From Gordius albopunctatus (lineage: Eukaryota): a stretch of DNA of 64,000 nt. Of the stretch, positions 1 through 12,360 are shown piece by piece; the first letter of the stretch is position 1, and every line of letters starts with the position of its first letter. The notes beneath the pieces were generated by a model. That model saw only the letters and a program-made list of their open reading frames with translations, ran no database searches and had not been told where the DNA came from. The DNA lies in NCBI GenBank assembly GCA_964276515.1, contig OZ193909.1:20584001-20648000 (forward strand), given 5' to 3'. Made by a program: the position numbers and the translations under genes.

Positions 1-170
1 ATATTAAGAAATATTTACATGCCCTAGGGGCCTCTTATAATTATTTAACAAGCAAAAATTCTTTAATTTTGAATTTTAACCAGTTACTTGGTAGTGTAAA
101 TTGGATTAAAATTAAAAGTATTCCAATTATATCTATTTACATTACACACCATAGATAAAAATTAAAAATG

Positions 171-324
171 CATGGGCGTAGCCGGGGGGCGGTTGCCCTT
201 CTCTAATCCCAAAAATTTGATAAAACTTATTAAAATTATGACTAAAATATCAAAATATATTTATTTTGTCCCTCTCTAAATCATTACTCACCCCCTCTGA
301 TCCAAATGCGGGCTACGCCCATTG
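171..324. mobile_element. hAT-type MITE family A (TIR CATGGGCGTAGCC...GGCTACGCCCATG)
   Basis: Terminal inverted repeats with G-run/C-run subterminal motifs. Related full or partial copies near 4728, 8708, 15021, 20372, 23626, 25621, 27559, 27975, 30708 and 45667. Confidence 0.8.
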
Positions 325-861
325 AAAAATGCACAAGTAATTTTACTATATTATTATAATGATGGTCATAAAGAATTTTGAAGCCGAGGTCTCGCTTACA
401 AAATATCGTCTCGTCTCAATGTCAGATTTCTCGCCTCAATCTCGGATCCATTTTCAACGTCTAGTCTCGACTTTACTTTTATTTAATTAAAATACAAAAA
501 TTTTATGAAAGATGTAATAAAATTTATTAAATACCTAACATCAGTGACGCGCACGCTATACAAATAAAAGCCGACGTAACAGACTGCCGTTGTCGGTTGC
601 CTTGGAACTTCTGTGGTTAGTGTTCTTAGTTAGACCTACTATTTTTTATTTTAAATCTCTATTGAATTATTAATGATAAAATTTACAAATTTAAGGAATT
701 ATATAAAATATTTTATCTTACATTTGATCTAAGGTCTTAATTTGTAGAACTAAGTCTTTCATAGGGTTCAGCAAACTTCCCTGAAACCTATATGACGTGC
801 TTATTCATCTTAAATTAATGGCATTGAATGCATTACCTTCCACGAACGTATACGACTTTGT

Positions 862-1296
862 TCACTTTAGGCTAAACAGCTGAACATAACGGTTTAAACT
901 TAGTTTACTATAAGCCTGAATATCAGAGGCAATATAGGTGTTGATTTTTTTATATGATTCGATAAATCCGGACATGGTCCCTACTCGATCAAGATGGAAT
1001 AAACTCATCAATACAAACCCCAGGACTGTGTAGCCTAGTATAAGATAAGGTGAAAGATGGACGCGACCATTTGTGGAGGACACTTTTGAAGAATTTTCCA
1101 TCGCAATTGCAACCTGGTAAGAAATCATCTTTAATTTTGAAATTTTCACGACATTTAGGCGCGTTTTCACGAGGCTATGTTTAAGGGAGTCGAAGGAGTA
1201 ATGGTGTTGCTCCTTAATCATGACTTTGCCGGTGTAGTACTTGTTCTTAGTCTGACGATTGTAGCGGCCAATGTTGGTTGCGCTTTCAACTTTGAG
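862..1296 (-). CDS. Possible terminal coding exon or relic of an unknown protein with one hydrophobic segment
   Basis: Frame stays open upstream of the ORF-track ATG (1221) to a TAG at 1299-1297 that could be a splice acceptor; hydrophobic stretch YLILGYTVLGFVLMSLF. No recognisable motif and no upstream exon identified. Confidence 0.25.
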   Translation of the reverse strand, partial: LKVESATNIGRYNRQTKNKYYTGKVMIKEQHHYSFDSLKHSLVKTRLNVVKISKLKMISYQVAIAMENSSKVSSTNGRVHLSPYLILGYTVLGFVLMSLFHLDRVGTMSGFIESYKKINTYIASDIQAYSKLSLNRYVQLFSLK

Positions 1297-1987
1297 CTAT
1301 TTAGGAAAGAGAACCAGTATTGAGAACTTAATGTGTAATGATAAGCTTGAGGTGACTTTTATAACATTGTAAATAAATTTATGTATAGATGTGGGAAGTA
1401 AGATTATAATTGCTGATAAAATAACTTTTAATCGATGTAACATATATGCGATAAATAACAAGGATGGATATGATAGTCAAATTAACTTGATCAAAACCAT
1501 GGCATTATTTCAAATTTAATCAATAAAAATTGATGAAGTTATATAAATTATCTAAGTGGATATTATATTTATGAGTCAAATTAACAATACTAAATAAAAC
1601 ATTACGAAGGCCTCAATAGAAAATGCCTTTTAGAATGGTTGGCTTATTGAGTTGTAAAGAGACCTAAAGTACAAATCAGAGTTGAGCAATTTCTAAAGTA
1701 TAATATAGTAGTTACCAATTCTCTACTGCCAAATAATTTTGTCAACGGTTATGGAATAATTCAAATATCAAATAATTGTATTTATTAGTTGAATGCTATT
1801 TACTAAGTATAATTTAGCATAATTATGTTCTAATTCTTAGACTAAAGATGGTGTATATTTACTATAAAACATTCAATTAAGTTCATATTTGAGGTTGTTG
1901 AATATACCTTTTGTTTTTTACCTAACATAGAAAAGTAACAAATCGCGCATTTGTTGTTTTTTAAATATTCGCGATGTTTTAATCGAT

Positions 1988-4900
1988 ATGGAAGGAAGAT
2001 CCGAAGAAGTATATAAATATTTTATTTTTTAATCTATTCAATTATGCAGAATCAATTCGTCGTTGAAGAAGTCAGCACAATAATTAAAGAGGTACCAATA
2101 GATATAAATCTTGTAATTTTCACAAGCCTGTGAACTTTAATATTTATTTCTTATTTTTGATGAATTTCCAAATTAATATTAAAATTGCATCAATATATAT
2201 TTTATCAAAGTTTTAGTCATATATATATATCTTATATTATTGAATATATATTACATTTATTTATATTATTTTTATATTGTTAATCAAACATGATGACAAG
2301 TTTTTATTTAAACATTAACTGATAGCCCCTTTAAAATCTTGGTAAGAGAATTTAAAAAGTAAATTTATTCTTTTACATTGCATTAAGCCACATGTTTGTA
2401 GGAAAATATTTTTTAACCAAGTTTTTATCAATAAAAACATTGTCAAATTTATTTTATACATATTTAGATTAAATTATTTTACAATATTATTATTTTAATT
2501 TAGATATTCACATATTTAATATGCTTAAATATAATATGTGAATAGCGTATAAATTAAATTTCAATCAAAACATATTGTTATTACTTAATTAATTGATAAA
2601 ACCTTTTAATAAAGTGAATAGATTAATTTATTTGTGGACAAACTGCTGATTCTCTATTGGCCTTGGAATTCCCATTGGGGACATAGATATTTTAACACCT
2701 TAATTGGTATCAAAAAAATCAATTTTTTACCCATCTCTTGTTATTCCTTCATAATATATCAGTAAAACAAGGTCATATTATCCCTTACCCCATACATACC
2801 AACTATATTGTCACAAATATATTTGCTATATTTATATTTTTAAAACCTAACTTTATCTTTATTACAAAATAGTTACATTTTAGTTAATTTTTGTTTTATT
2901 TCCCCGTAAAACCTTCAAATTTTTATTTAAAACAATTCATTAAAACTTTCAAAACCATAAATAAATTTCATAAATCTATGAGTTTATTTAAATTATTTTA
3001 GATATTTTTTATATAATATTGTATCAAAATGTATTAATTAGAGCGTCAAGAAAACCTTGGATTTTCAAGGTCTTTATATATGAGTAAGGGACACATAAAT
3101 ATTCAGGCAGTTGTATGTTAGATTTTGGTCTTCCCCATTAATCGATAAATAATCGCTCGACAATTTATCTAAAACCAATTTCATCGAATTTTTCCCGAAA
3201 TTAGTAGTTATATTTTTCAAAAAATAAAGTTTTTTTTAAAATTTATTTATAAAAAAATAAATATATACACTCTACTGAAACGCTATATAGGTACCAAAAC
3301 CATTGACTTATTCCACGATCCAAATTAGGGGCCTGGGCTTTAAAAATAAAAATTTTTTAGTTTATTCGAAAATATATTTTAATGTATATTTCGTAAAATA
3401 AATATATTTTTTAAATTGTTGGATATGGTTAAATTTGAATTTATTTGCGATAATATATGCGTTAATGTCACTAGAACCCCCCCCCCCCCCAATCTCTTAT
3501 AAGGGTGGCCTTGACGTTTGCGTGTTAGCCCGTTTGATAGTATAATTATATTATTGGATAATAGGATTAAGATGAATTCATTATGGCCGTCTATCAATAC
3601 TGTTGCTGTAGGACCTTGCATTTTTGTGTGATAAGCTTTTTTACTGCTTCCCAGTCTCCTCTTTTCTTCGCCCCTATTTCCCCACTAAAACATATTATCA
3701 TAGTTTGGGAAAAATTATATTTTTGTCATTATATGAGCAAGTCAGTCCTCATATGGTCCAACTTAGTAGTATACCTACCCCAGGGCGTCGTCAGCATTGG
3801 AATTAGAGGGGGGGGAACGATGATGATTGAGTGAAGAAGGGCAGAATGATCATTTTTTGAAATTTTAGCCTTTAACAAATTTCAACAAATTAACACCGGT
3901 CTTGCGATGGATCTGTATCATCTGTAAGATTCGCTCTTGGAATGCCAATACTTTGAAGACTAATTTAATTTAGACTTTTTTGTTTTGAGTTGATTCCTAG
4001 CTTAGCGGACCGCTTCAAATTGAATGCGTAATGAGATTAATTCACGGGTCACTGATTTTAGGTTGGGATTTGTGATTTTGGAAGAAATCTTAAAACGCCA
4101 AATTTATGCTAAGCAATATGCGTGTTTGGGGCTGGTTTGAGCCTATCTAAAAACACATTATTATTATTCATATTTCTTGCATTAGCGACATTACCGAATA
4201 AAATAAGGGAAAAGGGACACTTTGCAGTGACGGTTGACAATTGCGACGACGCTCATCGTGGTATTTTTCAACCGTCTTTTTTGATATCTACGCAAATATT
4301 TACGCGTTTTTATCCTCGAAATTTTGGGTTGGCATCTCTTATGCCCCGTTCTCCATACATATCATCATCGGCTGTTTAACATTCAATTTCATTATTTAAA
4401 ATTTATTTTTATCAGTCTAAATGTTGGTTTTGCGAAGATTTGTAAACGGATTTTATCATTTTCACGCAATAAATCTTTTAAATTAGAGCTTTCCGCGAGA
4501 TTATGTTTGTTAATCGTACCCTACTTGTAACAACTGTAAAATGATATTTAAGCTTATATATTAATCACGGCTGATTTTTCGAATTTAACGTATAAAAAAA
4601 TTGAAAAATTGTTGAAAATGATCACACATATATATATATATATATATATTATTTTACTGACATTTAAAATCTAAAGATTCCTCTTAAATAAAGCGCGAGT
4701 TCACCCACATGTTTTGAACTAGGAAGCATGGGCGAATCTAGGATTGGAACTTGAAGGAGGGGCAGCAATTATGATTAAATGACAATTTGTAAATGTTTGC
4801 AGCCACGATTATATTTAAATTTCAAGGAATCTATGAATTTAAAGGGGCTGGGAACCGCCCCTTCCCCCCCCCCGGCTGGCTGGCTGGATACCACCATCAG

Positions 4901-7711
4901 TCTAAGTTTTAGGCCAGGGCACCTGAAGGCTATATGGAATTTTGGGATTAAGATTTATTGATCCCTATCCCGTTCACGTACTATTATAGTAATTTTAGCT
5001 CTCAATTCGTTGGCGCAGTTTAATGAACCTCCTTCCCAGTTCCCACGATAGAAAATATTCTGAGGAACTCTACTTTTGTTGCTGCTTTTTTGTTAGGGAT
5101 TCCGTTTTTCTGTAGTAGTAGTAGTATAGGTAATAATCTAATTAATCCCTTCTTATCTATTAGATGCGTGCGTAACCTTAATTAACTCTTCTCTCTCTCC
5201 TCGCATTTCTTTGGAGCTTCGGTTTCTGTAACAACTTCAGTTAGGTGCTGCTTAGCCTTTCTTTTTTAACCACTGCGCTAAATAATCAGAAATTTAACGT
5301 TTTGTCACGTCGAATTTAGTTATAAATTTTCTTGAAACAATGTGAGTTTTTAACGGTGATTTATTAGAGGTTATTGATTTTATTCTCGTTTTTTTAGCGA
5401 TTTTGACGTGGGATTGTTGTTGAATAGTGGAGGAATTGAAGTTTTTTCACCGTTTTCTTTGATTTTTTTTTATATTTGGTGACGTTTTGCCCCGTCCGAA
5501 ATTAGATTACTGTCAAATTACTCTATGTGTCTTCTTTCTTAAAACACTTGACACAAAGAACCTAGCTAAAAAAGAAAACCGTTTTTGAGTTTCTTAATTT
5601 AATTATTATTATATTAAAGAATATTTTTTGGGAATTTTATGCTTAAAAGGCAATATATTTAAGTGATATATAAATGGAAGGGATTCGTGAGCAATTAGGG
5701 AAGAAAAGGTAAAGATGCAATATACTCTAGCAAAGGACTGACGACTATACACAGTATATTTACATAACCTAGGAAGTTGTAAAATATTAATACCTCGCGG
5801 TTAGGTGGCAATCTTTTTAATTCAGTGTTTTCACGTCAATCAAACCCTCAAAATAAGTTTTTAAATTTTAAATAATATCTAGGTGCTTTGAGGTTCAACT
5901 TTTTTAATCATATATTATTATTGGATTTTATCGACATTTTAATGGCGGCCAGACACCCATTTCGGCGGTCATTTATTTTTTTCAATAAGTTTTTACGATA
6001 TTTCATAATAAATTGAAATAAATATCAATTATTTGAGACTTCACTGCGGTGGATATATGATTTCCTCATCTCTTAAAATACAAATACCTCTACAATTCCA
6101 TTTCCGTATTTTAAATCCCGAAGGCAGCGAAATTCCTCAAAAAAGTATCGAAATTTATAGCCTCAATTACACACGCGATCCTAAAGATTTTTTTCTATAT
6201 TTGAGGGCTTGTTTTAATATAGGATTCAAATTCGAATCGCGCGAATTCATCTTTGTTTAAATAATATCCGATTCAATTTTAATTATTTAAAAAATTTTGT
6301 TTTTTCATAGTTAAAAACGTTTATTTTTGTTTATTTAAACTCTTGAGATTGAATCCAAACTTTGCTGATGCCTAAAAATTTAAAAAGATCCAACATTTAA
6401 GCTTGGGAAGAATTTTGCATCTTACAAAATCGCTGCTATGTTATGATGCGTCTGAAATTTAAATAAATCAGCATGAAAATTGTAAGATTCAATACAATTT
6501 GGATCCATAGCCCTATGTCTTCCCACCATTAATCCAATATATTTTAGCATGCATCATATTCAATAATTTCGAAATAAGCATCTATTAGTTTTAAGAATAT
6601 ATTTTTGATTAAAATTGTATCATATTTTTGTTTATGATTTCTCATATCTTGGGGACCAGGGCGTTGAAAATATTATAGGTGGCAATACTTATCAACCGGG
6701 CAAGGTGAATCAATGGACCTCTAGCGTGGTTGAAAATTGCCTGGCCCAGCTAACTAAACTGGGAAAACCTTTCAAATATATCGGTAAACATTTATGAGAT
6801 TTTTGAGTGAATTATATGTACGGATGATTTAATATCGAAATAAAAATAATATAAATTTTTGGCAAACACCGACATTGCCATTGAATGTTAACGCCAATTC
6901 CCTGTCAATCTAGCGGTGTTGTAAAAAGGTTTCCGGGTTTTGTATGGGGGCCGGCCACCTTTGGTGTTAGTCGAGTAATCATAAATGGACCAACTCTTTT
7001 TTGGCCTTTCCTTCTCTAATTCCGCCACCGGGTTTAGTCGAAATTTGAAAAAGATACCAGAATGGAGCGTTAGTGTTAGTTGAAACAAAGTTGGCGCCCA
7101 TACAAAATCCAGTCCTTTTTACAGTTACTATGCCATCCATTATCCCTACTTTTCAAAATAAAAACTGAATTTTGAAAAAATCTAAAAGGGGCACATTAAT
7201 TACAGTTTAGATTCCAAGTTATTTTTTCTTGTTAAAAATCAGCGCGTTTCGTAAAAATAATATGTATGTCATTTTGGTGTCTTTCGTTAGAAAAGTGTTC
7301 CAACTTTTTGTTTTGACCTCTTTCCTTTGTTGTCCCCCTATATTAGTGACGTGTGTCATAATGCAAAAAAATGGCGCCGGCCTTCACACCGCCAGTTCTT
7401 GTTACTGGGACAATACCACAGATGGTTAGTTTAATTTATTCATTTTACAAGAATAAATACATTTTTTGGAAAATTTTTAAGTTATTTTTATTAATCATAA
7501 AAAATCGGATTCAAAAGATAATTTAAAGTTATTAATAAATTTTTAATTAATTTTTGTAAATTTATATCAATCGAAAAATTACGTATTTTTGGTTAATTTT
7601 GAAAAAATTTATATATTTTTTTAAAATTTTAAATATGCAGGAAGTTGTACTGTGAGGTGGGAGAATAAAACAATGTATTGCATCGTTAACGTGTTTGGAT
7701 TGGCCATTTGA
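1988..7711 (+). CDS. DYNLT1: Dynein light chain Tctex-type 1; exons 1988-2008, 2050-2091, 6660-6783, 7347-7424, 7641-7711
   Basis: Hand-spliced GT-AG exons give [111 protein letters not shown], the canonical Tctex-1 sequence; phases consistent. Confidence 0.96.
6911..7130. mobile_element. Degenerate MITE in DYNLT1 intron 3
   Basis: Imperfect inverted ends tagcggtgttgtaaaaagg...ttttgtatgggg versus ccccatacaaaa...cctttttacagttacta; similar gtgttgtaaaaa ends recur near 26788, 29537 and 29908. Confidence 0.55.
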
Positions 7712-8734
7712 CAGACCAATCACGATCGTTGCCGCGCGTTCCGTCGAATCCGATTGGATGGACGGGCCGGGCCCTTGTTATTGTATATTAAGGCGGGAAC
7801 AATTCAAATACATTCATCACCATTCTTCTTAGCAAATTAACTTTCTATCTTTCTCTTTCAAAACTTTTTAGTCAAATGTCTCTTCCTCTATCTCTTAAAA
7901 TTACTTCTTTTTTTTAATTTTTTACTAAAAATGTGATATTTTACGTTTATTTGGTGTTTTAATTATTATTTTTGTGGATATTTTCTGTAAAGACATGTCT
8001 TTTTTTCATCTCAATCAGGTATCTCCCTCCCCCTACACTGAGGTCAAATGTATTGGCGTTTAATGAGAAAATTTATTTATAATATATAATTACGTATCAT
8101 ATTTTTAATGACCAGTGAATTAAATAATAATAATTCCAATCTATTTTAATGATTGTCCTAATAATAGCGCCTATTTGTGTCAACCAAAACCCCACGTTGC
8201 CATAGTTACCAAATGTCATCATAATGTGTATGTATTTAATTTAATAGTTACTATATGTACAATCAAATGGCATAAGAACTACTTTGATTGGTAGATGATA
8301 TCTTGGTATTAAAATTTAAGATTTTGTATTCTTGGTTCAACTTGAATATTGTTATAAAGATTAATGCATATAATGGCAGCAGTGTCTGAGAGGCGCCAAG
8401 GATATATTTTTTTATTTCTTCCTTTCAACTTGACAAAATATGTATTTTATAAAAATACATAAATGATTAGTTAGTATAAAAAAATGAGGAAAGTAGGATG
8501 CAGTTTTATATATGAGCTCTTCTAGCTGCAAAAAAGTGAGGACTACTGGTCCATTTCATCCGTTCGTTATGATAGAGAGCAAATATTAAGAATTTGAAAA
8601 GAAATTTGAGATTTTATCAAGGGTAGTACAACTAAGTAGATAATATAATTTATAAAATGCCTTCAGCAATTATGCCCAAGTTAAATAGACTATCACATGA
8701 CTGACTTATGGGTATAGCCAGGATTGGATATAGG

Positions 8735-8920
8735 TAGAGTTGTTAAATTGCTAACTTTCTTCAAACTCCAGACGCGAGTACGCACACTGAGTTGCTTAAT
8801 ATGCGCTCTCTGTTCGGTGCACTAGGTAGAACATTAGCATATAAAAATGCTCGAGGGCCGAGCAGAAACTCGAGCAGATGATAGCTGGAGTCGAAGAAAG
8901 TTAGCAATTTAACAACTCTA
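8735..8920. mobile_element. hAT-type MITE family B nested in a family A MITE
   Basis: ~28-bp TIR TAGAGTTGTTAAATTGCTAACTTTCTTC and perfect 8-bp TSD GATATAGG; host element spans about 8708-9048. Confidence 0.9.
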
Positions 8921-9072
8921 GATATAGGGGGGGGGGGCAAAAATGATAATTTATAATAATTTTACCTGGAATTATATTAAATTTTGAAGAATTTTAGGAA
9001 TTAAAGGGGGGCGGATGGGTGCCTGTTATCCCCTGGCTTTGGTAATGACGTAAGTAATTTCTAAATATGATA

Positions 9073-9620
9073 CTAGCTGTGCCCGGCCAAGCGTTGCTTT
9101 GGCTTACCACTTATTAGGCTAAATAATTGGTACTTGGCAATAGAAAATATATGAAAGAATTTGGGTCAGCTGAAAGAGAGTTTGTGATGTGAAAAAATAT
9201 ATTTTTATATTATGTAAATATATATTAACTTAATAAATAGTAATTAAATAGATTTATAACAGTTTTAAATACTTATTAGGTAGCGATGTTTAGCAAAAGT
9301 CTTCATAAACCACTATTTTATTTATTTAATTTAAATAGTTGATCAAACCCCAATATTTTTGGCCGTATACTGTAACATCTTTATTATACTTTTAAATATC
9401 TAATGCGAGAAAACTTCATCCTTGTATGTATGACTTCATCATTGTATATGCTGCTATAATTGAAACTGGCCGGGAAATGTGCGATATTTTAAAAACGAAA
9501 AGGTATTTTAGGAATCTGAAAAAGCTATTTTACCCCTGGCCGCCCTGGGAACCTAATTAGGCCGGTAGTTTCAGAATTTAGCCCTTACATACATACACTT
9601 TACTTTATATATATATATAT
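9073..9620 (-). mobile_element. Non-autonomous Helitron
   Basis: Minus-strand 3' end with hairpin GCCAAAGC-AAC-GCTTGGC followed by CTAG; ~280-bp body shared with the copies at 10880 and 21886. Confidence 0.75.
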
Positions 9621-10487
9621 ACTAGAGTCATTGATTTAATTTTTCCATAATCAATTTTTATAATGTCACGTGCAATATAAATTTTGACCCTTTAAAGTTA
9701 CTGTTTTATTTTAGCACACTCAGACCCACCCCGAATCATAGTAACCTGTTCAGAACTCTGAACCCAACTCTAGATAGACTGCTAAACTAAATGTACCCTT
9801 TTTTGCCATTTTTAAATCAAATACACAATTCATAAAAAGACTGTAAGAATATGAAGTTAAAGCAATTTACTGCCATCTGCAATTTAATAAAATCATATAT
9901 TGACGTTCGTTTTTATTAACTAATGATCGTTCAAACAAAATGGGAGACAATGCTAAAAGATATAAATGGTGGATATAATGTTACAGATTTTACCATATAA
10001 AAAATTTATTGGGAAAAGTATAAGGATGCTTTTCGAAATTCTTCGTAAAGTATACAGCATTTTAGATTTAGACTACGGTTTATATAGAGTTTTCTTTTTT
10101 TGTATAAAATTTCTAACAGAGCATTCCACCACCATAGTTCCCCATTAAAAGCTTTGCTTCTCTGCAAAAGTCAGATTTGTTCAAATTTTTATGCCCGATC
10201 CGGGTCTTGTCCACTTTTTTAGGCAAATTGGATTAGAATAATGATTCAGTGAAAATGGAACAAATTGTTTTTACTTTATTATTTCAAAATTTGTAATTTT
10301 AGCAAACTAAATAATAAGGCTTTGATGAATCTTTTTACATTAGTTTATAAAATAAGTTCTATTCGAAACACATAATTTTATGTTTTATTAACAAATATAT
10401 ATTCGAAGGCATTATTATAATATTGTAAATATGAGTGAAAACAAATACATTAATTAAAAATCATTATTCCCCACGGATTACGTTTTA

Positions 10488-10778
10488 TCATATTGAGTAT
10501 TTAGGTTTCTTTGGCTTTTCCTCGCACCATCTATGTGGAAAGCACAACCTGAGATAATTTATAAAAATTACAAAGTTATTCTATTTTTCAATCTATTTAT
10601 TATATTTTAGATATATAACAACAACTTACTTCCTCCTGAATCTTTGCTTTATTAGTTCACGCTGGTTTTTCGCTGCTCTTAATACATTCCTTGCGGGTGA
10701 ATCATGATGCTCCAATGAATTATTGGCCACATATAAAGACATCAAAATTAAGAGGATGAAAGTTATGGGTTTAAACAT
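10488..10778 (-). CDS. Small secreted peptide precursor (69 aa); exons 10778-10630 and 10548-10488
   Basis: MFKPITFILLILMSLYVANNSLEHHDSPARNVLRAAKNQRELIKQRFRR/KLCFPHRWCEEKPKKPKYSI*: signal-peptide-like N-terminus, RFRR convertase site, two Cys; consensus GTAAGT donor, CAG acceptor, 81-nt intron, AATAAA about 100 nt downstream. Confidence 0.7.
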
Positions 10779-10879
10779 TATGGAAACTTATATTGATAAT
10801 TTTAAAAGAATAAGTTATTCTATTCTACTAACGTGTAGAATTCAATGATTCACTCTATATATTTATTGGTAACACTCCC

Positions 10880-11415
10880 GGCCCGATTCCAACTAAAATT
10901 TAGCCGTAGATGCCCAGGGCGGCCAGGGGTAAAATAGCCTTTTCAGATTCCTAAAATACCTTTTCTTTTTAAAAATATCGCACATTTCCCGGCCAGTTTC
11001 ATTTATAGCATCATATACAATAATGACGTCATACATACAAGGCTGAAGTTTTCTCGAATTAGATATTTAAAAGTATAATAAAAATGTTACAGTATACGGT
11101 CAAACTTATTGGGGTTTGATCAACTATTTAAATAAAATAAATAATATTTAAATTATTATTTATTCTATTAAAGAAAATTGTATTTCAAATAAATCAGCTA
11201 ACTAGAAAAATAAAATGATGGTATTATTGCATAATAAGTAACAGTATTGATGAGCAATTTTTCCAAAAACACCTTACATTCTGCATTTTAAAATTGGGGT
11301 ACCAAGTATCGCGATGTGCAATTTTCATATATGACCCCATAAGTCTTATTAATAAGTTATACTTATTTAACCACTAAGGACTGAGCCAAAGCAACGCTTG
11401 GCCGGGCACAGCTAG
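10880..11415 (+). mobile_element. Non-autonomous Helitron
   Basis: Ends ...GAGCCAAAGCAACGCTTGGCCGGGCACAGCTAG|T (hairpin plus CTAG); inverted relative to the copy at 9073. Confidence 0.75.
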
Positions 11416-12360
11416 TTAGCCACATACACACACTTCACTTTGTATATATATTATATCGTTTAATAGTAGGAAAAGGCATTTTTATTAATGATTATTTTAA
11501 AAAATTTTCATTTCTACAACTCTACTTTGAAATGCATTTGATTATAAAAATGCTAATTATTTTTTTATTTTGACCATTATGCAAGGTGCCATGTAGATAG
11601 TTTTAAATTCAAACAAAATGGATAAATCTGTGATTAAGGTACGATTAGTATCGGAATTTAAAAATTTTTACCTTTATTAAAGGTCTAGGGAACTCCGATT
11701 ATTTGTAGATTGTGTCATCAAAATTGATAAATGTCACATTGGCTTTTAACATTTAAATTGCGACACCCGTGTTGAATAGGGACAATCATATTAATAAAAA
11801 TAAGATTTGTTGTCACCGTTAAAAAAAGATGACGTTTTAGAAAATACTATAAGTTATACACTTTTACTAAAGAACAACTGTATATTCAATTTTTCAAAGA
11901 ATACGATGAGGTTGCGTTTGATTGCCATTTTATCAACTCGAAAACTACTGGACCGATTTGGCTCGAACAAATCTTAAAACATGCTTCAGAGTGTCAGAAA
12001 TAAACTGTGAAATTTTGAGACAAATCGGTCTGGTAGTTTTCCAAAATTGGTGGCGGCATACACACATACATAGTTTCATTTTTATATATAGGATTTAATA
12101 AAACATCTCAAGTGAATGTATATAATTTATTTAGGTCCTCTATTTGCAATCGTATAACGTTGAAACATAAAAAGTCAAGTTTACAATAATTTACGATGTC
12201 AAAGTGTAACAAATTGCTTATAATATCAAGTAAGGATGTCAGATTGCCACATTCATTCATTTCAAATAAAGCAGACGATTAATTGAGCTGTTGAGGCGTG
12301 GAAGTTTGGTCTTTTCGTAAATTCAAGTGCAAAATTAAAATTTCTAAGCAGGTATTAAAT

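Noticed and set aside
3900..6400. Possible decayed gag-like coding remnant on the minus strand in DYNLT1 intron 2
   Set aside because: Codon-like texture but many stops and no motif I can name; needs a tBLASTx search.
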